Below are positions 46,483-56,262 of a DNA stretch of 64,000 nucleotides, piece after piece. This DNA comes from an uncultured Nitrospiraceae bacterium. Lineage in GTDB: Bacteria > Nitrospirota > Nitrospiria > Nitrospirales > Nitrospiraceae. Position 1 is the stretch's first letter; each line of letters begins with the position of its first letter. The stretch lies in contig CAVSTP010000002.1 in the NCBI GenBank assembly GCA_963730935.1, positions 32,001 to 96,000 on the forward strand, given 5' to 3'. A model generated the notes under the pieces. The model saw nothing but the letters and a program-made list of their open reading frames with translations, was not told the origin of the DNA and ran no database searches. A program made the position numbers and the translations under genes.

Positions 46483-47250
46483 TTAGCCTTCGCGTTTCAT
46501 GTTCTCTGGGGAATGACCGAACATCGCTGCACTTCCCGTTCCCCCTGGAGACGGAGCAAACGTCATCGGATTGGTATGAGTCTTCCCACCGTGGACTTTC
46601 GATTGCGTGCCGGTAAAGCGGACGTTCTCCCCGTTCTCCGGCAGCTTGATGCCCATCTCCTCGCGTACCTTCTTGAAGATCTGCGCGACCCGCTTGATCT
46701 TGACGGTATCCGAATCGCGAATCGTGAGCATGGCGTCTTCGTGCCCTTGCTCGGCGCAGACCGCCATCGTGCAGCAGTTCGTTCCTGCCCGGATCATTTT
46801 CAACGTCAGATTCGCATAATGGCAGTGGACACCGATGAAAATACAGGCCTCGATCTTGTTGCCCCAGATCGTCAAATTCGGATGGTTAGGATTGATGACT
46901 TCCTCCGGATCGATCTTGGGGTACTTCGGCCGGTAATCCGGCATGGGGATAATCATGACTTCCGGAATCTGCGCTGCAATTTCGAGCGTGGCCTTGGCTT
47001 TTTCCATTGCATGTTCGTTCCACGCCCAGAGCAGCAACGGACCAGGGAAAATGGTGGCGTTCGGGCTCGTCAGCATCTTGCGCGCCATCTCTTCGATGAC
47101 TTTTTCCTCGTTCGGCTCGAGCAGTCCGTAAAACAGCCCTTCCCCTGGATCCGGTAACGCCACGCCTAGCTGAGCGGCGGACGGAGGATGAAACCCTGCC
47201 GGTCCCGGAACGATGATTTTCTCTCTCGTGTCTTGCGTCGATGTAGCCAC
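46483..47250 (-). CDS. forD: Five-subunit 2-oxoacid:ferredoxin oxidoreductase delta subunit
   Basis: GTG start after AAGGGG; position in operon; PDYRPKYP, INPNHPN, GVHCHY motifs. Confidence 0.7.
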   Translation of the reverse strand: MATSTQDTREKIIVPGPAGFHPPSAAQLGVALPDPGEGLFYGLLEPNEEKVIEEMARKMLTSPNATIFPGPLLLWAWNEHAMEKAKATLEIAAQIPEVMIIPMPDYRPKYPKIDPEEVINPNHPNLTIWGNKIEACIFIGVHCHYANLTLKMIRAGTNCCTMAVCAEQGHEDAMLTIRDSDTVKIKRVAQIFKKVREEMGIKLPENGENVRFTGTQSKVHGGKTHTNPMTFAPSPGGTGSAAMFGHSPENMKREG

Positions 47251-47278
47251 GCCCTTACCCCTTTCTGGATACCCTTGC

Positions 47279-47602
47279 TTACCCGACGACGGGACTCGCC
47301 AACACAGCCGTCGTGCTCTTTTCCCCATAGGTGATATTGTCGGTCAGCGCCGCCTTCGGCAGCTGATCGATCATGATCATCTTGATCGCGTTGTTCTTGG
47401 CCATGTTGTCGCAGACCCACACGCATTGCGCGCAGCCTTTGCACCGATCCACTGCCACATAGGCGGACCCATACTTGAATCCCTGATCCTTTCCCATCTC
47501 TTCGCTGTACAGAATGGTGTTGGCTTCCGGGCAATACTGCGTGCAGAGCTTGCAACTCTTGGAGGCACAGATTTCTACGCTGATATCGGCTACGAGATAC
47601 AT
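47279..47602 (-). CDS. forE: Oxidoreductase epsilon subunit (ferredoxin-like)
   Basis: CASKSCKLCTQYCP and CKGCAQCVWVC. Confidence 0.75.
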   Translation of the reverse strand: MYLVADISVEICASKSCKLCTQYCPEANTILYSEEMGKDQGFKYGSAYVAVDRCKGCAQCVWVCDNMAKNNAIKMIMIDQLPKAALTDNITYGEKSTTAVLASPVVG

Positions 47603-47619
47603 GGTGCTCCTTTATGCGC

Positions 47620-48336
47620 TTATGCGCTGGCCGTCGCGACCGGCTCTTCCACGCGCTTGGCGTCTTTGGACGCCCAGCCGTGATCGACTGCATAATTCCA
47701 CCCCGCCCGCATCACGGCGACATTTTTATCAATCAATTCTTGCTTCTTCTTGAATTTCCGCTCGACGACACTGTCCAATGCCGCGGTGCCACCCGAGACC
47801 ACGAACCCTTTGCCGAGGAATCGGTCCTTCACCGCCTGCTCCAACCCTATCATGTTCGTCAGCCCCGTGATCGCACCGATGCAGCCCATCAGCGCCATGT
47901 TGGTGGCGAGGTCCATCCCTGCAACTTCCAATGAAAGCTTCGTCGCCGGGAAATAGTAGAGTTTCGCGCGGCGCTCTTCCAGCTCGCGGGCTTGATCTTT
48001 ATGCAGCTTCATCGGTCCATCGTTGTTGATCAGCGCGATGCCATCTTCTTTCAACCCGAAGTAAAACGGCATCGTGTAGGACTTGCCGTGAGTAATGACT
48101 TGGGGATGGAAAATAATGATGATGTGCGGGAACGTGATCTCGCCGATCTCATAGATCGGTTCATCCGAGACCCGCACATAGCTCTCGACCGGTGCCATGC
48201 GCTTTTCCGATCCGTAGAACGGGACAATGGTGCTTTCCCCACCGGCATTGATGACGGCGGTGCTCAGAATGTGCGAGCCGGTGACGACTCCTTGGCCGCC
48301 GACGCCTGCCATTCGAATGTTAAAACGTTTTGCCAT
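47620..48336 (-). CDS. Oxidoreductase gamma subunit
   Basis: IRMAGVGGQG, YGSEKR, NMALMG. Confidence 0.88.
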   Translation of the reverse strand: MAKRFNIRMAGVGGQGVVTGSHILSTAVINAGGESTIVPFYGSEKRMAPVESYVRVSDEPIYEIGEITFPHIIIIFHPQVITHGKSYTMPFYFGLKEDGIALINNDGPMKLHKDQARELEERRAKLYYFPATKLSLEVAGMDLATNMALMGCIGAITGLTNMIGLEQAVKDRFLGKGFVVSGGTAALDSVVERKFKKKQELIDKNVAVMRAGWNYAVDHGWASKDAKRVEEPVATASA

Positions 48337-48358
48337 GATGCAGCCTCCCTTTCTCGGC

Positions 48359-49258
48359 CTAGGCCTTGCCAGGAATTGCGGCGGGAGCAGCGGCCTTCGG
48401 GAGGAACTCCTTGTAGCCGTACCGCTCGGTCAAATACTGTTTGGCTTCATCACTGACGTATTCCGAGAACGCGTAGCGGTCGTTCTCAACGGTCTTCGCA
48501 TCTTCCATGACCTTATCGGTCGGGATCGCATACTCGATGTTGCAGGAGGTATAGGCTTGAATGTAGGTGGAGCCGACTTCACGGGCAATCAACACTGCCT
48601 TCTTGATGACGCTCTCGACACGGCGGGGATTGTTGGGTACGACAGTTGCGACGTAGGCGCATCCGGCAACCTTCGCCATCTGCAGCATGTCCATCTTCTC
48701 AAACTTCTTGCCGAGCGGCGCCATCTTCAACACGGCACCGCGGTTGGTCATGCCGCTCTCCTGTCCCCCGGTATTGCCGTACACTTCGTTGTCCAACATG
48801 ATCGTCGTGAAGCGCTCTTTCCGGAACCAGGAGTGAAGGACCTGCTGGAAGCCAATGTCGGCCGTTCCGCCGTCCCCGGCCATCACGACCACGTCCTTCG
48901 GCTTGTCTCCAAACCGAAGCCGGAGGCCGCGGGAAAGTCCGCTCGCCACGCCGTTCTGGTCGCCGTAGTTGCCGTACACAAACGGGATGGCGGCCTGGGA
49001 AATCGCCAAACGGCCGCAGCCGGCGGTGCCAACGGTGATGGTGTCCTCAGGGTTCGGAAAGGCAATCATGGCCAGGCGAATGAACAGCGTCATCGCGCAG
49101 CCCGCGCACATGGGATGCTCTTCGAGGACTTCCTTGAAGCTGCCCATCTGCGAAACGGATACCTTCTTTCCGAAGGGACCATGTTCGACCATGTCCCGAT
49201 ATTCTTTCGGCATGAATTTTTCGAAGCCGTTTGAAAACTTTACATAATCGAGACTCAT
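48359..49258 (-). CDS. forB: Oxidoreductase beta (TPP-binding) subunit
   Basis: CAGC, TAGC, GDGG...DNEVYGNTGGQ. Confidence 0.85.
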   Translation of the reverse strand: MSLDYVKFSNGFEKFMPKEYRDMVEHGPFGKKVSVSQMGSFKEVLEEHPMCAGCAMTLFIRLAMIAFPNPEDTITVGTAGCGRLAISQAAIPFVYGNYGDQNGVASGLSRGLRLRFGDKPKDVVVMAGDGGTADIGFQQVLHSWFRKERFTTIMLDNEVYGNTGGQESGMTNRGAVLKMAPLGKKFEKMDMLQMAKVAGCAYVATVVPNNPRRVESVIKKAVLIAREVGSTYIQAYTSCNIEYAIPTDKVMEDAKTVENDRYAFSEYVSDEAKQYLTERYGYKEFLPKAAAPAAIPGKA

Positions 49259-49393
49259 CGGACACCTCCCTTATATGCCTGCGACGTACGACGTCGCCAT
49301 TCAGTCCATGTGATATTCATATGTGCGAAAGACAACCAGCGGGAAATAGAACGGGACAAGCAACGCGCGACATGACTCGTTAGCGTCGCGGCC

Positions 49394-49423
49394 ATCCTAG
49401 CAAAGCTCAAAAAAGACTGTCAA
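49394..49423 (-). promoter_or_regulatory. Putative sigma70 promoter for the oxidoreductase operon
   Basis: Minus strand TTGACA-18-TAGGAT with TG extension. Confidence 0.55.
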
Positions 49424-49626
49424 TTTATATGTTCGCGCCACAGAGACTCACCGGGCAACATCAAAAATTTTATAACTTCCTGAAAATCAATGCAACTTTG
49501 CATAAGGCCCACCCTCTCCGAAAGAAGGCCTAGCCCCGTCGGATCCGATAGGCCATTCGCCCTAACCCCGATGGAAACGGAATGGTCGTTGCCCTTGCCG
49601 TCAAATGTGTCTACACTAGCAGAGTT

Positions 49627-49875
49627 ATGCCCATTCGCGTGATTATCGCAGGGGAAGACGAGGAGGCCCGATTCGTCGGTGGGGTCCACAAGCGCCCCCC
49701 GATCCCGGATAATTCCCTCAAGGCAGAATGCCCCAAGTTCATGGCTCACGGTCCCTGCGGGGGGGTCCGCAAGGGCGGATTCTGTGAGGTCTATCCTGAG
49801 ATGACCTGCCCGTGGATCACCATGTTCATCGAGCTTGAAAAGATCGGCCAAACCGAGTGGATGAAGCAAGTGTGA
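49627..49875 (+). CDS. Stand-alone MTHFR C-terminal / MetV-like Cys-rich domain (82 aa)
   Basis: CPK....GPCGG....G.CEV.....C.W motif. Confidence 0.75.
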   Translation: MPIRVIIAGEDEEARFVGGVHKRPPIPDNSLKAECPKFMAHGPCGGVRKGGFCEVYPEMTCPWITMFIELEKIGQTEWMKQV

Positions 49876-49903
49876 AGGTAGGCGGCGTGAGAGACTAGGA
49901 GCG

Positions 49904-50305
49904 ATGAAGCGTACGCGTGGTTCCGCACGGCTCGCCTACAATGAACGGCATGCGAAGAGCGGTCTGACCGCTTCTCTGCCGGCGATTGAAACCTTTCCGA
50001 ATCAGTACAAGGGTTACGAGATCACGATCGAGATCCCCGAATACACCGCAATTTGCCCAAAAACCAGCCTCCCCGACTTCGGCATCATTACCGTTCACTA
50101 CATGCCGGATCGCGAATGCCTTGAGCTCAAATCGTTGAAAATGTACATCCATGCATACCGCAACATCGGAATTTTCTATGAGAACGCGGTGAATAGAATT
50201 CTTCAAGACATCGCGGCGGCCTGCCGACCGGTCTGGGCGAGGGTCACCGGCACATTCGCTGCCCGCGGCGGGCTACGCAGCGTGATTGAGGCCCGCTACC
50301 CATAA
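49904..50305 (+). CDS. queF: PreQ0 reductase (7-cyano-7-deazaguanine reductase), type I
   Basis: EYTAICPKTSLPDF, ELKSLKMY, RGG. Confidence 0.93.
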   Translation: MKRTRGSARLAYNERHAKSGLTASLPAIETFPNQYKGYEITIEIPEYTAICPKTSLPDFGIITVHYMPDRECLELKSLKMYIHAYRNIGIFYENAVNRILQDIAAACRPVWARVTGTFAARGGLRSVIEARYP

Positions 50306-50410
50306 AAAACAACGCACCCACGGATGCTGCATGGCCGACAATGTCCTTGTAACCGTGTAACCGTCCTGCTGCTCGCGTGAACGGGCGCTCGCTTCAACAT
50401 TCCAATTTTC

Positions 50411-51220
50411 ATGGGCACCTACGCAATCGGCGACATTCAAGGCTGCATCAAGTCCCTCCGCCGTCTGCTCGACCACATCTCTTTTGATCCGCACAGCGAT
50501 CGGCTTTGGCTCGTCGGCGACTTGGTAAACCGAGGGCCTGACTCCTTGGCCACACTGCGCTTTCTTAAATCGTTGGGCTCGTCAGTGTTTCCCGTCTTAG
50601 GAAATCATGATCTGTTTTTGATGGCCGCGGCCAAGGATATCGTGACGCTGCGCCCGAAAGACACCATTCAAGACATCCTTGCCGCCGACGATCGCTCAGA
50701 GCTAATCGACTGGTTAGGACGTCAACCGTTGCACCGGCGCGAGGGCGAATTCTTTATGGTGCATGCGGGCCTCATCCCCCAATGGACCATCGACGAAGCG
50801 GCGAAGCTGGCAGGAGAAGTGGAGAGAGTGCTGGCCGGACCAGACTGCACGGCATTCTTGCGCGAACTCTTTCATGGCCCGACGCCTCAGTGGGATCCGG
50901 CGCTCAACGGCATCGAACGTCTGGTCAGCATCGCGCGCGTCTTCACCCGCCTTAGAACCACAACGCCCGACGGTGAAATGTCGACATACTCCGGTTCGCC
51001 GGATGAGGCACCGGCCGGATTTCTTCCCTGGTTCCGTATTCCCAACCGGCGCAACAGCGATGCGACAATCATCACCGGTCACTGGGCGGCCCTAGGGCTT
51101 CACATTGAGCCGAACGTGTTGGCCATCGACAGCGGCTGCGTCTGGGGACGGCAACTCACGGCCATTCGGCTGGAAGATCGCACCGTTCACCAGGTTGAGT
51201 ATGCCGACCGTCGAGATTGA
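50411..51220 (+). CDS. apaH: Symmetrical bis(5'-nucleosyl)-tetraphosphatase
   Basis: IGDIQGC, GDLVNRGPDS, LGNHD, VHAG, GHWAALG, DSGCVWG. Confidence 0.93.
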   Translation: MGTYAIGDIQGCIKSLRRLLDHISFDPHSDRLWLVGDLVNRGPDSLATLRFLKSLGSSVFPVLGNHDLFLMAAAKDIVTLRPKDTIQDILAADDRSELIDWLGRQPLHRREGEFFMVHAGLIPQWTIDEAAKLAGEVERVLAGPDCTAFLRELFHGPTPQWDPALNGIERLVSIARVFTRLRTTTPDGEMSTYSGSPDEAPAGFLPWFRIPNRRNSDATIITGHWAALGLHIEPNVLAIDSGCVWGRQLTAIRLEDRTVHQVEYADRRD

Positions 51221-51704
51221 ACTCCAGCCTCCCGACCCTTCCTGGCCTCGCTACTCTCATCGCCCGTTTCCCCGCTATCGATTCCTGCCTGGTTACTCGC
51301 CTCATCCTCGCCACAGCCCCCGAGGCCATTCCTATGGTCAGACCTGCCCCATGCCCGTCTTGCTCCGTCCCGAGGAATGGCGACAAATGGGCGACTACCT
51401 CTATGCCATCGATTTGTACAACTATGCGTACTGGTGGGAATGCCACGAAGTGCTCGAGGGACTCTGGCGGGCGGGACAAATGACCGGGCAAGGAAATTTT
51501 TTCCGGGCTCTCATCCAATTGGCCGCGGCCAACCTGAAGCGGTCTCTGGGTTATGGACAGGCGGCGGACAACTTGACGTTCAGAGCGATCACGCGGTTTG
51601 AACAGGTCCCGGAAGTCTACATGGGTATTGAGGTGGCGAGTCTCCTGAGCCACCTGAGAAAGCACAGGGGCGAAGCCGCTCCCCTGATTCGTTTGAATTG
51701 CTGA
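51201..51704 (+). CDS. DUF309 domain protein
   Basis: LYN..YWWECHEVLEGLW, LIQLAAA. Confidence 0.8.
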   Translation: MPTVEIELQPPDPSWPRYSHRPFPRYRFLPGYSPHPRHSPRGHSYGQTCPMPVLLRPEEWRQMGDYLYAIDLYNYAYWWECHEVLEGLWRAGQMTGQGNFFRALIQLAAANLKRSLGYGQAADNLTFRAITRFEQVPEVYMGIEVASLLSHLRKHRGEAAPLIRLNC

Positions 51705-51734
51705 TGGTTGCCTCGAGAGAGGCAAGTGATCCGC

Positions 51735-52526
51735 CTAGTGGTAGGACTCTGATTCGGAAGGAAACTTACCCTGCTCCACCTCCTCTTTGTACCGGCGGAG
51801 CGCCTGCAGCGCATCGGCCCTCAAATGTGCATAGGGCTTGACGAACTTCGGTACGAACTCGTCGAAGAGTCCGAGCAGATCATAGAGAACTAACACTTGC
51901 CCGTTACAATGGGGGCCGGCACCGATTCCAATGGTCGGAATTGCCAGCTGCTCCGTGATGGTCTTAGCAAGCGACGCAGGCATCGCCTCAAGCACAATGG
52001 CCACCGCACCGGCTTCCTCTAGCGCCTTGGCATCGGAGACGAGTGTTTGTGCCCGATCGGCGCTCTTCCCCTGCACCTTGTACCCGCCATATTGATTCAC
52101 GGACTGCGGCGTCATTCCGAGATGGCCGAACACCGGAATGCCCACCTCCGTCATGGCCTGGATGCGATCGGACATCGCCCTGCCGCCCTCGAGTTTGACC
52201 GCATGGGCCCCCGCCTGAAGAAAGCGACCGGCATTCCGCAGGGCGTCCTCTTTGCTGGCCTGATAGGACATGAAGGGCATATCGCCGATGACCAGCGACT
52301 TTTGCGCAGCACCGGCCACGAGCTTCGTGTGATAGAGCATGTCCTCCATCGTGACGGACAGGGTGTTGGACTTCCCTTGCACAACTACGCCCAGTGAATC
52401 GCCGACTAGTATCGCCTCAATGCCGGCCTGCTCGAGCAGACGGGCAAACAACGCGTCATACGCGGTCACGACGATGAGTTTCTTGTTTTCCCGTTTGCAG
52501 CGCTGGAGGTCGGGGACGGTCATCAT
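51735..52526 (-). CDS. panB: 3-methyl-2-oxobutanoate hydroxymethyltransferase
   Basis: TAYD, LVGDSLG, DMPF, KLEGG, GIGAG. Confidence 0.97.
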   Translation of the reverse strand: MMTVPDLQRCKRENKKLIVVTAYDALFARLLEQAGIEAILVGDSLGVVVQGKSNTLSVTMEDMLYHTKLVAGAAQKSLVIGDMPFMSYQASKEDALRNAGRFLQAGAHAVKLEGGRAMSDRIQAMTEVGIPVFGHLGMTPQSVNQYGGYKVQGKSADRAQTLVSDAKALEEAGAVAIVLEAMPASLAKTITEQLAIPTIGIGAGPHCNGQVLVLYDLLGLFDEFVPKFVKPYAHLRADALQALRRYKEEVEQGKFPSESESYH

Positions 52527-53410
52527 CCGAGTTGCGCCTTTGTGATGATTTCCCCCAGCCGGTGCGTTCCCTTGATCGCCATGATATGGACGCCGTCGCA
52601 GTGAGGACGCACGGCCTTGATGCTGTGGACCGCGATGTCCACGCCGACTTCTTCAGACTTGTCGCCAGCGGCACGCAGTTCGTCGATCATTGCCTGTGGA
52701 ACGGACATGCCGGGGATATTGGCGTTCATGAACTCCGCCATTTTCGCGTTGCGCAGCAGCAGAATGCCAGCCAGAACCTTGACCTTGAACGGGCGTACTT
52801 GTTTCATGAACGCCGCAAACTGCTCGGGATTATAAACGGCTTGGGTTTGAAAAAATTGGGCGCCGGCTTTGACCTTCACTTCGAACTTGGCCAACACCGG
52901 CCCAACGAGATCAGTTTCCGGCGTCACAGCCGCGCCGATGGTAAAGTCCGTGGCTCCGTCGAGCTTGTTGCCTGCATAATCACGGGCGCCATTCAATCCC
53001 TGCACGAGACCTATCACCTGGACCGAGTCGAGGTCATAGACCGGCTTGGCATCCTTGTGGTCGCCGACCGTCGGATAGTCGCCCGTCAAGCAGAGGACGT
53101 TACGGATCCCCAGCATGTGGGCGCCCATCAGATCGGACTGCATGGCGATCCGGTTTCGATCGCGGCAGGTCAACTGCATGACTGGATCATGCCCCAACTC
53201 ATACAGCAACCGGCAGACCGGCAATGAGCCCGCACGCACGACTGCCGCGGTATTGTCCGTCACATTCACGCCATGCACCCGGCCCAGCAGCTGCTTGGCG
53301 TTATCCAGGAGACCGTTGATGTTGGTGCCCTTCGGGGGATTGTACTCGACGGTGACTGCGAATTGTCCCTGCTCCAGGACGTCTTTAAGCCTTCTCGGTT
53401 CCCGACCCAT
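52523..53410 (-). CDS. metF: Methylenetetrahydrofolate reductase
   Basis: EYNPPK, NVTDN, TCRDRNR, LTGD, GAQFFQTQ. Confidence 0.9.
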   Translation of the reverse strand: MGREPRRLKDVLEQGQFAVTVEYNPPKGTNINGLLDNAKQLLGRVHGVNVTDNTAAVVRAGSLPVCRLLYELGHDPVMQLTCRDRNRIAMQSDLMGAHMLGIRNVLCLTGDYPTVGDHKDAKPVYDLDSVQVIGLVQGLNGARDYAGNKLDGATDFTIGAAVTPETDLVGPVLAKFEVKVKAGAQFFQTQAVYNPEQFAAFMKQVRPFKVKVLAGILLLRNAKMAEFMNANIPGMSVPQAMIDELRAAGDKSEEVGVDIAVHSIKAVRPHCDGVHIMAIKGTHRLGEIITKAQLG

Positions 53411-53439
53411 TTCGCTTCCTAACTCCCCGTTCGTGCCGG

Positions 53440-54300
53440 CTACGCCATCCCTGCCATTCTTCTAGCAGACTCCACTGTATTGTCCAGTAACATTGCAATC
53501 GTCATGGGACCGACCCCGCCCGGCACAGGACTGATCCATCCAGCCTGCTGGCTTACCGGTTCAAAATCGACGTCACCGCACAGCTTGCCGTCCGGAAGTT
53601 TATTCGTGCCGACGTCGATCACCACGGCGCCTTCGCGGACCATGTCGGCAGTGACAAACTTGGCCTTGCCGATCGCCACCAGCAAGAGCTCCGCCTCGCG
53701 ACACACGGCCGGAAGGTCCTTCGTCTTTGAATGACAGATCGTGACGGTCGCATGGCGCTGCAGCAGCATGAGCGCCAACGGCTTCCCCACAATGTTGCTG
53801 CGCCCGACCACCACTGCGCGCTTGCCTTCAATCGGCACCCCCGTCGATTCGATCATCTTGATCACGCCCTTCGGCGTGCAAGCTTCGAACACCGGATGGC
53901 CCTCGACGAGCCGGCCGAAATTGTATGGATGAAAGCCGTCCGCATCTTTGTCCGGACTGACTGCCTCCAGAATCACCCGGCTGTCGATATGCTTGGGCAA
54001 CGGCAACTGGACGAGGATGCCGTGGATCTTGGGGTCGGCGTTTTTCTTTTCAATGAGGGCCAGGAGTTCAGCCTGGGTGGTCTGGGCGCTCAACTTGTGG
54101 TCGTCGACGTGAATGCCGGCAAGCTCGCAGGCTTTCTGCTTGTTCTTCACGTAGACGTGTGAGGCTGGATCATCTCCCACCAAGATGGTGGCCAACCCCG
54201 GTTTGATGCCCGTTTTCGCCAACACCGCCGCCGAGACCGCGGCCAAACCTTCCCGTACCGTCTGTGCCAACGCCTTCCCATCAATCAATCGAGCTGCCAC
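53440..54300 (-). CDS. folD: Methylenetetrahydrofolate dehydrogenase/cyclohydrolase
   Basis: GTG start after GGGAGG; YVKNK, VQLPLP, KDADG, CTP, PVPGGVGPMT. Confidence 0.96.
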   Translation of the reverse strand: MAARLIDGKALAQTVREGLAAVSAAVLAKTGIKPGLATILVGDDPASHVYVKNKQKACELAGIHVDDHKLSAQTTQAELLALIEKKNADPKIHGILVQLPLPKHIDSRVILEAVSPDKDADGFHPYNFGRLVEGHPVFEACTPKGVIKMIESTGVPIEGKRAVVVGRSNIVGKPLALMLLQRHATVTICHSKTKDLPAVCREAELLLVAIGKAKFVTADMVREGAVVIDVGTNKLPDGKLCGDVDFEPVSQQAGWISPVPGGVGPMTIAMLLDNTVESARRMAGMA

Positions 54301-54552
54301 AACGTCCTCCCATTGGAATATCACCCTGGAAGAAGTGCCGAGGATCGGACGCTTCAGGGCGGCGTGCGATCCAGTCGTGTTTTGTTCGAAGGAGGGCACC
54401 TTAGCAGGCCAATTTTATGCAAGTCAACGCCGTGACCGACACCGCGTGCACGCGAGGTCATTTGCCAATTCCTTGACACATTCTCCGCTTGACGGCTACG
54501 ATGATTTGATGTGCATCGCAAGCCTGGCAGACCATCTCCCCGCCGTCTCTCT

Positions 54553-55542
54553 ATGATCCGTCGCTTTTTTTATCTCTGTCTTGGCACTGCAGCGCTGTGC
54601 CTGACCGTGCTGCCGTGCGAGGTCTGGGCGCAGATCACGGTAACCAATCTCCAAACTCCCTACAGCTTCGTCAGCAGCAGCTCGGGGAAGGAATATTTTA
54701 TTTCGAGCGTCAATGGCGACCCGGAAGCTGCCGACAATAACGGCTTCATCACCAAACTCGATGGAAGCGGAAAGATCCTCAATTTTAAGTTCATTCAAGG
54801 CGGCACGGACGGTATTACGCTCAACGCCCCAAAGGGAATGGCGGTGGTCGAGCAGACCTTGTACGTTGCCGACCTGGACCAACTGCGGGCGTTTGATATG
54901 GTCAGCGGGAAGCCCATTGCCTCCATTTCAATGGCTACCTCGCCCGGCCAAGCCCCGGTAGGCCTGACCGACGTCGTCTACGACGGAACAGGACGGCTGT
55001 ATTGCTCCGATCAGCATGCGAATCGAATCTATCGGGTCGAACTGCCTTCGAGAAAAGTGACGCTCCTCGTCGCCGATCCGGCGCTAGCGGGTCCGGCCGG
55101 CTTGGCCGTTCATCCGAAATCCGGCGAGCTCATCGCCGTGAGTTGGGACAAGGGGAAGATCTTTGGCATCACACCAGATGGCGCGGTGTCTGAAATCTTT
55201 TCCAACGGATTTTTTTCCAGCCGCTTCGCCAACCTGCGCGGAGTCGACTTCGATCGGTGGGGCAACATGTACGTATCTGATTTCACCACAGGCAAGGTCT
55301 GGCGGATGACCTGGGACAAACGCTTTCAAGTCATTGCCGAGTATCTGCCTTCGCCGGGCGATCTCGGCATCGACCGCACCAACAATCTGATCCTAGTCCC
55401 CTATGAACTTGCGCATGCGGCTGAAATGAACGGCCTTGAGGCGCCCAGCGACGGCAAATCCAAACAGGAAAAACGTACGCTGGCCGATTACGGGTTCATT
55501 CCTCCACCGCCCAAGCCGACGGAAGGCCGGGAAAAGAAATGA
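54553..55542 (+). CDS. Exported SMP-30/gluconolactonase-like beta-propeller protein
   Basis: Signal peptide, DNNGFITKL, LNAPKGMA, LYVAD repeats. Confidence 0.75.
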   Translation: MIRRFFYLCLGTAALCLTVLPCEVWAQITVTNLQTPYSFVSSSSGKEYFISSVNGDPEAADNNGFITKLDGSGKILNFKFIQGGTDGITLNAPKGMAVVEQTLYVADLDQLRAFDMVSGKPIASISMATSPGQAPVGLTDVVYDGTGRLYCSDQHANRIYRVELPSRKVTLLVADPALAGPAGLAVHPKSGELIAVSWDKGKIFGITPDGAVSEIFSNGFFSSRFANLRGVDFDRWGNMYVSDFTTGKVWRMTWDKRFQVIAEYLPSPGDLGIDRTNNLILVPYELAHAAEMNGLEAPSDGKSKQEKRTLADYGFIPPPPKPTEGREKK

Positions 55543-56237
55543 GCGAGTGCGCCTATTGCAAACAGCGCAAGGGTAAGCGGCCTTGTCCGGCCTTGGGAGT
55601 CATCTGCAGCGTCTGTTGCGGCGAACATCGGATCGTCCGGGTCGCGTGCCCCCCGGACTGCACCTACCTCGGCGCCGGTAGCGAGTACCAGCAAAAGCGC
55701 TTGAGCGAACAGTTCATGCCCCTTCGGCGGGATTTCTACCGGGAAATCGGCGAAGCCGGCGGTGAGAAAGCGGTGGCGCTCTACAATCTGATCGAGGTCG
55801 TTACGTTCAGCTACTTCCAAGGACGGCGGGACGGTCAAGACGCAGAGGTGGTGACGGCGATTCAGGCCTTGCGACGAACGTTGAGCCCGCTGCATGTGCC
55901 CTCGTCCCCAATGCCCGTCTTCGCGGAACATCTCAAAAAAGAATACGAGAGCTTTAGAAGACAGAACCCGCAGCAGATCGCCGACGCGTCAACGGCGCCC
56001 GATGTCCTCGATCGGGCCCTGAAATTCGTGTCGGACTTCTCCGGACAGGTTTTTCAGTCGCAACGGTATTTGAGCGGCCTCATCGGGTATGTGAAGGCCT
56101 ACCACCCGGATATCGCGGCCCATCTCACGAAGCAGCAACAGGCAGGCCACATTGTCCTGCCCGGCCAATCGTTTATGCCACCCTCTGCGCCCGAGCCACA
56201 CACACACGGGCCCGGATGCGAACACCATCATCATTGA
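55539..56237 (+). CDS. Hypothetical protein with Cys-rich N-terminus and His-rich tail
   Basis: CAYC, CP, CSVCC, CPPDC; C-terminal HTHGPGCEHHHH; ATGA overlap with the upstream gene. Confidence 0.75.
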   Translation: MSECAYCKQRKGKRPCPALGVICSVCCGEHRIVRVACPPDCTYLGAGSEYQQKRLSEQFMPLRRDFYREIGEAGGEKAVALYNLIEVVTFSYFQGRRDGQDAEVVTAIQALRRTLSPLHVPSSPMPVFAEHLKKEYESFRRQNPQQIADASTAPDVLDRALKFVSDFSGQVFQSQRYLSGLIGYVKAYHPDIAAHLTKQQQAGHIVLPGQSFMPPSAPEPHTHGPGCEHHHH

Positions 56238-56262
56238 CCGGAACAGCCGCGGAATCGAACCG

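Noticed and set aside
49309..49326. TGTGA half-site resembling a CRP/FNR box
   Set aside because: Second half-site absent at the required spacing
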